Part shown: piece after piece, positions 1 to 12,388 of the stretch
Layout of the letters: each line of letters opens with the position of its first letter
Position numbering within the stretch: the stretch's first letter is position 1
Origin: Ramazzottius varieornatus
Taxonomy: Eukaryota; Animalia; Tardigrada
Length of the DNA: 64,000 bases
Direction of reading: 5' to 3'
NCBI GenBank assembly: GCA_001949185.1
Contig: BDGG01000001.1
Coordinates: 3,551,324 to 3,615,323, forward strand
The notes under the pieces: model-generated
The model's input: only the letters and a program-made list of their open reading frames with translations
Told to the model about the DNA's origin: nothing
The model's database searches: none
Program-made: the position numbers and the translations under genes

Positions 1-468
1 TTACTGAGCTTTAGTTTCCAAGTATCGATCGAACAGAGACTGATACAATTGGTGCGGTGTGTCGGTGATGGGAATTTTTGGTCAGCGTCTACCTGAATGA
101 TGATCGTGTAATCGGTTCATTCGGTTGTACAGATAGGTGAGCGTGCGTGCAGGTGGACGACGGTTAAAGACTGGACCATTCAAGCTGTCCATCAAACAGC
201 TCGGATTCCAGAAACGTGTCGATGAGAGTTGTCGGGATTATGGATGGTCCGAGTGGTCGGTACTAAGTCGCTTCCTTGGCCTCTGGTCTATTTTTAGGTT
301 TTCCGTTGAGTCAGCCAATCAGCACGTCAACGTAAACAATAAAGAAACAAAGGAGTGAAAATCTTACAAAATTTTAAAATTTTCGCGTGGATGAATTCCT
401 GTTTGATAATGGGGACAAGGGAAAATATCGCGGGAGAAAGGAGAGCGTATGTTTGGGGATTTGGTGTG

Positions 469-3400
469 ATGGAGAGGTGGGCAAGGGTCATGGCTTCACT
501 CGTCGATATGATCCCAGATACGGCTGCCTGGCGATTACGAGTACTCGTTTGTGTATTCGGGATATGTGTCGATGGTAGATTAAAATCGATCGGTTTAATA
601 TTCTCCTTATTTTGCCTTCTATGTCGTGGCTGGTCTGGATGACGGCTTATAACAGGGAACTGATCTAATCAGTGGCCGATTCTGGATACATGTCGGGCGA
701 TGATATTTCCACTGGACTTTCCGGTCAACTGAACATGCAGGGACTTTGAGTAATGGAGAACGCAGTACAGCGTTATAATTGAAGTAATCAGGCAGGGATA
801 ATACAACTAATAGCCGACATCAGAGAACTACCCCAAAGATCAAATGGAACTTCATTTATCTTCGCTTAATCTCTCTCCTTCATAAATGGCGCCATGGCAG
901 CTTTTCCCTTTGAACTTGGAAATATTACTCTTCTAGATCCGATTTGAATCCAAGGCCACATCGCTAGTCAAAGGGTTGACCTTCTTTTGAAACACATCGA
1001 AGTCCGCGACCGAAAGGCATGTTTGTTCGGAAAATATATGCGTGTAATGATGCGATTTGCCAGCGAGAAGACCTCTTTAGCCTTTTTTGTCTAGCGGAAG
1101 TGTCGTGTTTTTCTGCATGATCGCTCCTTGACAGCTCGCTTTAGCAAACATCCCCCCGCGCGTCCCTCACGGTCCCTGGATTGCATGCTGCAATGAACAG
1201 CAGCTGATCTTTCTCGTCAGCACATTGACTTGAACTGCCTGACTTACCTTTTTAGACACGCTAGCTTACTCAGTCTGGAGTTTAGAATGCTGGAAGATAA
1301 CTGAGCTAATCTCGTGTTATCGTTGTTCGTCAGTCGTGACTGAACATGCCAGTCACTCTTGGCACAGTGGCGCCGCTTTAGGTTACCGCCGTAAAAACCA
1401 GTGTCCATCCACATTTCGTTCGTTTGGCGAGTACCTTCATTTCTATTCGTAAGCCACACAACACACTATACGTCAGTTCGGAACGCGCTTGTTAGTCACG
1501 AACAATGACGATCTGATGTTTTCGAGGCCTTGAAAGTCACTCCTCGATCTGATTGTCCAGTAGCGACTCTAACGACGCCAAACCACATTGGTGATCCGTA
1601 CGCAGAGATTGAAGAAGAAAGGGGGTGATAGCTCAGTTGAGGAACTAGATTGTGATATGGACCTGCAAAGTCAATCACTGAGAATCGCGTGGGAGGAAAT
1701 TGATTTTTCTCTCATATGTGTCAAGTCAGTTGCAACTGCTGTTGAGAAAATCCACTTGAAAATGCGCAGGTGGTTGCTAGTCCAGACATTGGGGCAATAT
1801 CTGCTCGATCTGTCAGAGGTTATTATGGTGAAATTCGATCGGTCATTTATGACGTAAATAAATATCACTTGTGCCACTTTAGCCAGCTAGCCGCCATGTT
1901 GTTTTGATACAGTTCAAGTATCCCATTACCTCATTGGTTTATTTTCCCGAAAATATTTGACGCTTCTAGACAAAAGACTTTTCCGATGGATGGGCACACT
2001 ACCCGATAATCCCTCATAGTGCAATATTAATAAAGTACGTATCTCCTTGCAGTTTCTGCTCAAACATCAACACAACAAGTGGCCCAAAGGTCTGGAGGCT
2101 ATCTGGAACTTCAACCTTCGTCCGAGCGTCGTGTGGAAGAGCAAGGAAGAGGTTTCGTGGTCACTTGCCGCATTCCAGCCGGATTAAACGGGGCAAATCT
2201 TCGCTGGACACAAGGCTCGGATCGCCGGCCAATCAATGAGGCTAATGGAAGGTCAGTCCGATCTAACCAAATCCTTCCTTGTTTGTCTCCCGAGATGCAA
2301 TAGATATTTGTGTACAGTAGTGCTGTGGCTTGCATGATCGCTCAATAGTGGCGACCATCCTTCTATTGACTCATTTCCTTAGAGTCCTTTAATTATCCGC
2401 TGGTGTAATTGAGTTTAGTGGTCATGGGTGTCGCCTTGTAGGAACATTCAAGTGATGAAGAGACCAGTGGACAAGCCAACCTCCGTCCAACTGGTCTTTA
2501 ATAACGTTTCCAAAGCTGACGAGAATCTGTACATGTGTCTGGCGACTATCGATGGAGCGGAAGTCCAAAAAGAATTTCAACTGACAATCTACAGTAAGCT
2601 AATCATCCACATTAGAGTGTCAGACCGGAAACAGACCGTAGTGATGAACCGTCCGGAACCTATTATTCCCTTAGCTCATAGGAATCACAACAAATTAAAT
2701 CTTCCTTCTGTGCAGCCGGCATCAACTATGACAAAGTCGAACTGGCACAAGCTGCCGATGTCGGGAAGGACTTTACCATGACGTGTGATGTGCAGGGAGA
2801 ACCCAAACCTTCGGTGACGTGGCGGAGAGCTGGAGAGTCCTTGGGCATGTATGGACGTAAGTCTGTTCAGATCCCCGTTCTAATCAGTCTTTTTGACTCA
2901 AGATTTTAACTTCGTTGTCTGTTGCAGATGACAAATACACCGTATCAGAAAAAGGTCTTACGATTAAGAATATCTCTAGAACCGACGAAGGACTCTATGA
3001 TTGTGATGCCACTCAGATCATTGGACATGACACGTCGAGCTTTAAAAGAAAAGCCATCAGCCTGGTCGTAAACTGTAAGTCTAGTTTTCCACCAGACAAC
3101 GACGCCGAGACTGGCAGGAAATTCTTCCAGATATTTGAGCCCATTTTGAATCGCTGCAGATCCTCCCGAGTTCACTAATACAGAGCCAGCCATCGCTTAC
3201 GCTTTCCTGGGTGGAGAGGTAAACCTGACATGCCAGGCCGACGGGGAACCATCGCCCTCTTACGACTGGGGCTATGACGAGAACGGAGGGTTTTCGGACA
3301 TGCCTTTGACCGAGACGAAGAATAGGGACGATTACGTGAACCCATCACGAACCACTCTTGTCAAGAACATGACGGACCAGTCGCAGTTTCGAGACATCCT

Positions 3401-4082
3401 CTGCCGCGCGAAGAACTCTTTGGGCGAAGTCGTCAGACGATACACCGTCAAGCAAATCGGTAAGCCTCATCATTGCCTGCGATAAAGTCGGTTTTTTTCG
3501 TTCACGCTGTTCTCGTAGATAAACCGGTGGCGCCCTCTTTCGAGTTCCGACAAGTTGGTGGTCATCGTCTGGAGCTGCAGCTGACGCCTTCCCAACAAAC
3601 CAACAACCCTCTCCCGACAACCGGATATCGAGCCATTATCCGACCTAGCGTGGGTGGAGCATGGGAAAATGCTACTGTCATCGACTTCATGAACGGTAAG
3701 TATGCAGTACGTATGTGGGTTGCCGGCAAACGAAGTGTTCAAGATCGTTTTTTTTCCAGTGGCGCACGGTTTCATTGTTATTGGCTGGAAGGGTGCGCCA
3801 CTGGAGAGATGTTTTGTTTGTCGGCCTCCCTTTTGGTATCGCTTCGAATCCTGACTTAACACCGGTACTTTCGGTGTGGTTGCAGGTACGAGACACGTTT
3901 TGGATTCCTTACGGCACAATACAGAGTACGATATCATGATCGCAGCTCGGAATGCCATTGGTGTGGGAGATTGGTCGGACGTGAAGTCAGTCAAGACGTT
4001 GTCCGTTTCCGCCTCTACATCTTTAGTGCCGTTCACAGGTGTACTTATACTCATGAGTGGCCTGCTGCTAGTGCGGGCTTGA
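469..4082 (+). CDS. Ig-superfamily cell adhesion molecule, 3 Ig + 1 FN3 + C-terminal hydrophobic tail (klingon/wrapper/NCAM-like, probably GPI-anchored); multi-exon
   Basis: Exon 1 (469-574) splices in frame to 2053, giving a signal peptide ...VCVFGICVDVSA/Q. Ig motifs VVTC..LRW, DENLYMC, DEGLYDCDA and ILCRAKNSLG; FN3 motif YDIMIAARNAIGVGDWS; ends in hydrophobic VLILMSGLLLVRA. AATAAA at 4305. Confidence 0.8.
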
Positions 4083-4312
4083 AACGACCACTTTTACGTT
4101 ACGTGACCAAAACTGAACACAGAGCACCTTATTGGAGAAATCCAACTAGATATCCCAGTAAAATAAACCTTGTCTGTTTTTCCTTGTGTGATTTTGTTCC
4201 GTTTTTTGGCCACATGTCTACCCGGAAGTTTTTATTTAGCATGTAAAGGCTTCTCATGTGATCGTGCATTATCCACTGCCGGTTTTATCATATTTCCGAA
4301 AATTAATAAATA

Positions 4313-4648
4313 CGAGGTAAACGACATAATTCGGGCATAAGGGTTTTTCACTCGTAATTCGGGCATATTTTTTCTCAGCTCCTGCTGCGCGTAATGATCC
4401 GCTTCTTGTTTCCTGAGGTAGATCCCTCTCCCCGAGGTTTCATTAGGTTTGAGAGCGGGAAAGCGTTGTAGATTACGGGAATTCGGCCTGGGATAGAGAT
4501 GGGTCTGTCCAATGTTAAAAAGCCTAATTTTGTATCAACACACGTACGATGAGGGATGAATCAAGCGTTGAAGGTAATGTTTAAACCTTTCGCGTTGCCC
4601 GAACTATGGTGCGAAAATCGATATGCCCGAATTATGTCGTTTACCTGG
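4313..4648. mobile_element. Tc1/mariner-type MITE
   Basis: About 27-bp TIRs CGAGGTAAACGACATAATTCGGGCATA / TATGCCCGAATTATGTCGTTTACCTGG, flanked by TA at 4311-12 and 4649-50; no ORF. Confidence 0.85.
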
Positions 4649-4978
4649 TATTCATTTTAACTTGAAACAAGAGTATGATGGCTGCAAGAGCTTTGACATG
4701 CAGCACCTCCGTGCAGAAGATTGCGGAGAAAGGCTTATAAAAAATCACAAAAGCTGCGCCTTAACGAGGTAAAAACTGTATCGCAGACGACTATTAAAAT
4801 AAGAAATGAAAACTGTCAACTTAGAAACTCTTAGGACCGGAACTCAGAAATTCTCAAGATAGGAAATTTAGCGGCGCTTGAACTTCCTGGAGTTAAAATC
4901 TCATCTCGAAAGAGCTCTATCAACATCTCATTTTTCCGCAGTACAGGGTGCACAGTATGAAAACAAAGCAGTACGATT

Positions 4979-7900
4979 TTAGCTGGTTAGCTGGTAAAAC
5001 AGAACATAAGCCTCTGAAGTGACCACATCCTCCTCACTTGCCGGGGAAACCCTGGAGAACATTTACAAAATAAATTTTTCAGAAAATAATTGGAATTCCG
5101 AATAGCATACCTGGCATCGTTATACTCGTTCCATTTTTTGCTGACCGGGTGACGGCAGAAAGCCGTGTAATGTCCACAGTGTGTACTTCCCGAATGGCAA
5201 GCCACGGCGTACAGACTGTACAGTGGGTGCGGACCTGTGTAGGACTCCGAGGCAAATTCGCTGAGGTCCAGGCCGTCCACAGGGTACTCTACCAAGGTCG
5301 ACAGCTTGGCTCTGAAGCGTTCTTGGGAGAATCGCTTCAGATGTATCACGAAGTATTTAGGGAACCGTTGGATCGTAAAGAACTTCCGGCATTTTTGTTT
5401 CGTCTTACAATGCGCACATGTCTGTCAAAAGATGATGGTATAATCTAACATCATCCATACTTGACACGTCTGACAGTTCAACTATAAATACAGCGACGAT
5501 AAGCTTACCGGACTCTCTTCGCCGTCAAGCGTTTCCTCTTTGGTGAAAAGCTTGAAACACTCATAAAGGTTCGTCGCTGGTGCTATTTCTGTCCTTCTGG
5601 TCGATCGACTGCTCGGAATAGGAAGACTCAGGTCCCAGAAAGGATCGAACGTCACTGAGCAATAGTCACACGACTCGCAAATTAGGCTGCTCTTCAGCTG
5701 GCCAACGAATAAATCTGCAACATTATCGCATTCATTAACTTCCAAGGTCAACCAATAACTTAAGAATATTTCAACATGCTATATATTTATATCTATAAAC
5801 GAGATCGCAAGTCCTACTTTCACTTGGACTACTTCTTACCAACTATTTTACTGTTGTCGCGCTTCAAATATCGTTTCCAAGCTTCGGAAGCCTTTTGAGC
5901 GTCGCTGAGGTTCTCAGGAATGTCGCTGGTATCAAGAGGCGGTTTCTCATCCACCCGGTTGACATCCTCATGAAGCCCCTCCAGCAGGTAGCGCAGGAAC
6001 TCTTGGGAATCTTGTTGTCTGAAACGAACGATACTTGTCGGTCAAGCGGGGGCAGTTCAAAAAAAGGACTGAAACACAAAATAATACTTACAGGTATCCG
6101 GAAAACCGCGGTGCGTACTGCTGCACTTGTCGGTGAAAGCGGTCAGGTACGTAAGGGCTGGTGGAGGAATAACTGGTGTGCCGCTTCCACAGGGCTTCCA
6201 AGACGGAGGCGAAGGCTACAAGAACAACCGAACATATGCTGTCCGTTCCGTACGACACCTTTTCATGATATATGCTTCGATACCTGATATCAAGGAGCCT
6301 TTCATCCGACTGGTCGTCGTGTTCACTTCCTGCTCATGTTCCCCCCGCAAACAGTAGTCTCGAACAGGGTGAGTGTTGCTCAGGCTCTGAAGTATGGCGT
6401 TCATGAAGCACTAAAACAACAAGACCGCCGCTATCAACAAAAATTGAAGAATCAACTTGGTTCCCACAGCTTACGGTATTGCCAAGGTTCTTCAGTCCAA
6501 TTAGACCAGCTTTCTCCGAGTCGTCCATGCTGACTGATTTCTTCATCTGCAGCTGCACTCTCGGCGTCCGAGGTGGCGAACCAGCCCGTAGTATGCTATT
6601 TGGCAATCTTTTTTCCTCCTCTTCGCTGCTCGAATCATTGGCACTGGCATCAGGTACGAACTGCTTCCCTCCGACCACCCTTTCCCTACTTTCCAGCCTA
6701 CCATACGGCACAGCAGGAGGTGGCTTTGAACATTCCTTACTTTGGGGAAACCCTGCGTTTGCACTGCTCGATCTCTCCATGCTGGCCGTGCTAGAGGTAC
6801 TCCTCTTGGGTTCTTGCTCCGATAAAATTTGAATGGGCACTATTCGTTCGGCAGTACTCGAGGAAGCTTCAGCAGGGAACTTTCCCACGACGTAACGAGA
6901 TTCTACATTGCCACCTATCCTTTTGGTAACAGGTAGTTCTCTTTCGACAGCCACACGGCTCAGCATCGCAACGACTGGGCTGCGTTCTCGCTTGTAACTG
7001 TCTGATTTCGCCAGGTCGAAATTCACGCTGAGGTCGCCGCGCGAAGAGCGACGACTGGACTTCGGCCCGTCCACGGATGTCAGGCTGTCGTAACGCTGCA
7101 GCGTGTTGGCCGAAATACTGGCGGGAAACCCTGTAGTGCAATACAGTATCCATGAAGTTATTAAGAATAGAAGCTCAAACAAATAAAACAAGAAATTGTG
7201 TGGCCAAACGATGATTGCAAGACAGTTTTTGGAGAACGAAAAAGAACGGACCTGACGAGGTGCGGCCCGAACTGGACCGCAGTGACGAGGTGCTATCGTA
7301 CCGCTGAAGGCTTCCAGGCTTCGAAGAGCCACTGTAGGCTGAGTCCTTGAGGCTAGCCAGCGATTGGCGGGAATTTGTGAACGTGGTGGACGAAGGCCGA
7401 TCGCTATCGGGCACGTTGAAACGTCCTCTGGTTGTGCTGGCTACGGAGACGTCGTCGTCGTCACTCACGTCAGTACTCTGAACTTTTCGGCCCAATTTGT
7501 TACTTCTCGTATCTGAAAATAATCGACAGCGAATTATTTTCATGATTTCCACTCAGTTATTCCATAAAAATGCCAACCAAACGTTCGCGCTGGCTGTCCC
7601 TGCTACACCAGCTGTTTACTAAAGATATCAGAGCAGCCAAACTGCCAAGGTAGTGCTGCACAAGGCGGCAAGAAGCAGTCGCACTTCGAGCGTCCACATT
7701 TTCGATATGTCCGGTGCAGTCATGCCAGTTAAAACAAATACCAGTGCGTTTCACAACTTTTGACCAAGACCTATTGAACTTCTCCGATCAAGTACGCTCT
7801 TGGTTTTTGCCTCTTTGCTATCTATCTCACGCAAGACCCCGTCAAGAGCTCAACGAACCATATCTGAGGTGGACATGTACAGTGAATGTTTATGCCAATA

Positions 7901-10124
7901 CTCTACGGGCAGGGTGAAGGATTAGTGTTGCGGCGCCTGGCGGAACCTGTCAGAAGCTAAATCGTCTTTCCTTCTGGAGAAAGAAGATCGGCTCATTGTC
8001 AAATCGCGTAGTTCCGCAAGAAAAATTTGTCAACCAAACTCAAATTACTAAGCCTGAAAAAGCCCTGACTGATTGGTCGAAGTCAGTCGGCCATACAGTG
8101 ATGTCATCCACCGTTTGACCAACTACGTCATCGCGTGGTTTTTCCTCCGACAAGGCTTAAGATTTTGGGCCATCCACCTTCTTCGATACCGTGGCTGTTA
8201 GTGACCACACCTGGTTCATGGACCGAGCACTACTGACGCAGGCTGAAAGAGTAACTCTGACTCTTTGGTGAGATCCAGAGTTCATCTGTGCAGCGCTGTT
8301 ACTCGCGTAGGCTGCATAGCAGCGGTGTTAACTAGGTAACAAGTCACATTCCTACGGCCCGCACTCCATGCACCCACCAGAGAAGCATACAGTCAACCAT
8401 GCCATTCCCAGTGAGAAGAACCCAAACAGACATCCGCTAGCAACGTGATCTCACAACCAGAGATTCACATACAAGATGATATTTCAAGATCACGGCGACA
8501 ACACAAACACATCTAACTTGCATCAACTTCCTCCTCCAAATAGCTGCCGATCCTTCTCTCAACTCTCTTACACATGGCAACGAAATCAACCATAAACATT
8601 CCCACACAAAATCCTCAAAAAATCCCAAGGATAACTTCTCAAACCAAGACGAGAGAAATGTTACATAAAACAAATCCATATACGCCACAAAATTTCCTCA
8701 ATCACCCAGTCACCATCACGCATGTTGCTGTTCAGTCGCAACGTAATGCCTGCATGCTTGCGGCCGGCTCTTCTTCGCTGCACAAAATCAATTCGTTACG
8801 CAACATCAGCGACGAGTAGTTAAACACGCTGCAAAGTTTCTCGCGTAAGGTCCCCAGACTATTCACTGGTATTCACATCATGCACTATTACCCGTACAGC
8901 AATCCATGAAGACTGCATGAACACAATCACGGTAGGCCACCCTGCTCCATCCTGAAACTAGGCGCAAAATTCATCTTACGGAATCCAGGAAGAAATCACG
9001 CTAGAGGGCGGCTGGATGAAATAAGGGACCCGCTCAAGACCTGCTGTATCCGGCTAAGTGCGAACTGTTTCCGCAAAATGTTATGGTAAATTTTCCAAAA
9101 CTTATATCCAGCCGTTTCTTGGCCCGATACTAGAGGGGACGGGGTGTAAATAAAGAGCCTAACTCGAGACAATAGAACTGTTGTTCATGGGTCGCAATGT
9201 TTTTTTCCCGCGAATTCGGGTTCTGGTCACATGATCCTCGAATCTCTTTCCTTATGGGGAATTTCAGGATGAAGTATCAATAGCAAAAGTATTGTTCAGG
9301 TCAGTTTTTTTGGGGTGGTTCTGACCGATTGGTTTTCGAAGGACGAATAAATGGCATAAACCTTCTCTCCTCGTGCATTCTCACACCTTAAGTTAGGCCT
9401 TAAATTAAGCCTTGACGAAAGAATTGTTTGTTGGGTTTTCTCTGGAATCCACTCCATTTGATGGCACCCGGCTGTTCTCTCAAGTGGCGTACGCTTCTGT
9501 GTTATTGACTGCAACCGTGCGCCACTTGGGAGAATAATCTTGTTGAGTGTGTTTGCCTAGGCCTCAGTTTTTTGTATAAGTTTAGTCAGATAGTTGAAAC
9601 GTGCCGGTACCTCTGGCTCGGTCCGTGGAGGATTCTCTGCTATAAGCAGGATGTCTAGCCAGCGAGCTCGACCGCGAGTTGTCATAGCGGTCCGAGACAG
9701 ATGGCGTCCGCGAGTGGGCTCTGACGTAAGGGCTGCTTGTGACGACGGGCTTGAGGACATCCGTCGGCTCCAAAATAGACGTTCTGCCGTTAATATAAAT
9801 AGTGGTGGGTGCCGTAATCCGTGTGGAGCCCCGTAGATAGCTGCTGCCACTATTGAGCGAGGAGTACAGCGGCACTGGGGAAGATGCTCCACTACGGTCG
9901 ATGCTGGAGGTACGCGTCGTCTCATTGTTGTCCGGCCATTCAAAGCGATGTGTACGCATCCGCTCGACTTGCTTCGTGTATTCCACAGCGGGATGATTAG
10001 CAGGTGGAGGTCGGCTGTTTGACGTGGGAGGGAAGGTAGATTTCAAGTCCGAGCCGGAAGGCTGCCGGGACCTTCGGCTGCCGTGATATTCCGACCCTGA
10101 CGAGCGCATCGTTGTGGCCGCCAT
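4979..10124 (-). CDS. USP2: Ubiquitin carboxyl-terminal hydrolase 2-like (USP family) with long Ser/Arg-rich N-terminus; multi-exon
   Basis: Cys box GLKNLGNT/CFMNAILQSLSNT, QDSQEFLRYLL, DLFVGQLKSSL..C..C.YCSVTFDPFWDLSLPI, His box CHSGSTHCGHYTAFC, and WNEYND. Stop TAA at 4979-81. The start at 10124 is inferred. Confidence 0.9.
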
Positions 10125-12388
10125 TTTCAAGTTCAATCTAATCAGCGCACAGTAGAAGCTCTTCACCAAGTCTCACGTTTCGTAAGTAAAGTTCAGCAAC
10201 CCTACAAAGCGTCCCAAAACAATTTCATTATTTTGTTTTTGTATGGAATTCTTCCAACGTGGAATACGTATATGTGTGACCATATGCACACAAAAAAGTG
10301 CATTGTCTACAAATCGAAGATCCAAGAAAAACAAACAGAAGTCACATGAGCAGCTTGGTAGGTGAAAACACTTTGAAAATACACCGGATAATAGTTTTCG
10401 AAAATTCTCACCGGCAAGGGCATACGGCGATAGTCACTTTTGTGTGTCGCAAAGTCGGGTTATTCCCGCGGACGAGATTCAGGAATGAACATCAAAATTC
10501 ACGATCCAATCATCCGTCGTTACAGCATCGCAATGCACAGAATGTGGTTATCATGGATGCCTGCGCGCACACTGGTACTTCCCGTTAGTGCGATCTGCCA
10601 AGTTCCGGTCCGATGATCTTCAGAAAACTTCTCTCAAAATTCAACACGGATAATATCTTGAACAGCCAATAGCAGGGTTCAAATATAGTCTGCACTTAAG
10701 TTGGACAAGCGCGATCACTTTCTCGCGTCAAACTCAAAATACAAATCTGTCCGTCTGAACTTTAAAGCGACTGTCGAAGAAAAGTGTCTTGAGTTCCACA
10801 CGGAGCAGCCTTCCCCATTTTTCTCTTCTAAACACTGACGTCAGAGACGAAGGCCCGTTCGAGTCATCTGCATCGAACTTCTTTCTGCTGAGGAGAGCAG
10901 CTGACAGCGCTGGCTGCAAGGCTTCGACGAGCCAATAACAAACCCACGGGCTGTTTTTCTCCGGAAATGGATGTACGTCACTGATATCTGGTTCACTAGA
11001 GTGTTAGCGTAGCTGATACACAATCGTATGAGCTACCGCCTACCGACCATATCTGCAGTTTCACATTTTGAATTGAGTGACGTACATCCATTTCCGGAGA
11101 GAATACAGTAACACTTTCAGCACGATCGTTTTCATGTTTGCAGAATATTACCGTCCTCTTTGTGTATACAGGAATTTTATTGGCTGGTACCGTGTTGCGG
11201 AGGCTGGTCCAACTAATAGGCAATTTTCGAAATTTCAAAATTCGGATAATTGGCAGGCCATGAACGCCAAATCTCAAAAGGGAGAACTGGTCGTCTTGAT
11301 TTTCTTCTGACCGCACTGATGACTACAAAATTTATCCCAGGCTCGGCTTCGATAGATAAGACTGTCCCCAGTGCTCCAGTTTTCTTCTAAGCGAATACCG
11401 TGCACGTGTCTCGCGCGAAGAGACGAAACACCGAATTTAACCAACAACAGCCGAAACCGTAGAAAAAAATTTCCAGCGTGCTGGGGTTTTGCTGACCGCT
11501 GGTCGTTAGTGTTGCTTTGGTGAGAAGACCGAGGTACATACAAACAAAAAGACCCAGACCCGAAAGACCAAAAGCTAAAACTGGGATGTGAATAAAACGG
11601 ACTGATTGTGTACACAAAGAGGACGATCGTACGCAGAGTGTCAAACTTACCCGTAAACTGTGCGCATACAGGCATAGCTTACACAAAATAGGGCGTCAAT
11701 TATTTACCACTGCATCATCAACATATCAGCTCATCCATTTTTGGACTAGGTTAAACCAAGAGCAAACTTAATGGCCGTACAAAACAGTACTGTCTGTACG
11801 CAACACAAGTTGACTTCTGTTAACTAATAACCGCTCATCTCATTACTAGTGTTCGAAAATATCTTACTAACCTGATTTCCCACGTACAAAGCAGTTCTTC
11901 AGACCTGTAGCCGTACTGTTCGGGACGTACTCAAAACGACTTCGAAGTACTTCTCCTCTTGCACCTGTTCACCGCCCACGTAAGCCCGAAGCCTTTTCAA
12001 CTGTACTCGAAAACGTTAACTATGGAATTGCATTCTTAGTTTCGCTACACCTAAAAAAATATACGTTTAAGCTAGATATTCGACATGATGTTTCCAAGAG
12101 TTTCGCTAAGCAGTACCTGCACGTCGTGATGGACGGGTCCCTCAGGAGTAACAGTTAATTACCCGTCTTCGAAGTTCTGGATCAAGTTCGACAGCCTTCA
12201 AGAGGTAGGGCTAGGTGTCGAACGATGAAAGTATTATCTTGTCAGTTCTCCTTAATCTTACAGCACGCAAAGCTGAGTGAGCACGGTATTCAAAAGTCAT
12301 GTGCCGAGAGAGGAAGAGCCATCACAGGAAACAATCAAAAAATAAGACTTCAAAATTTCCGTCGAGGTCGACACAGTGAATAAAAAAT

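Noticed and set aside
1621-1700. tRNA-like start GGGGGTGATAGCTCAGTTG
   Set aside because: No anticodon stem, T-loop (GTTCRA) or matching acceptor stem follows.
1540-1790. Faint resemblance to a Tc1/mariner transposase C-terminus (LRIAWEEID)
   Set aside because: Too degraded, with no TIRs found; cannot be supported without a profile search.
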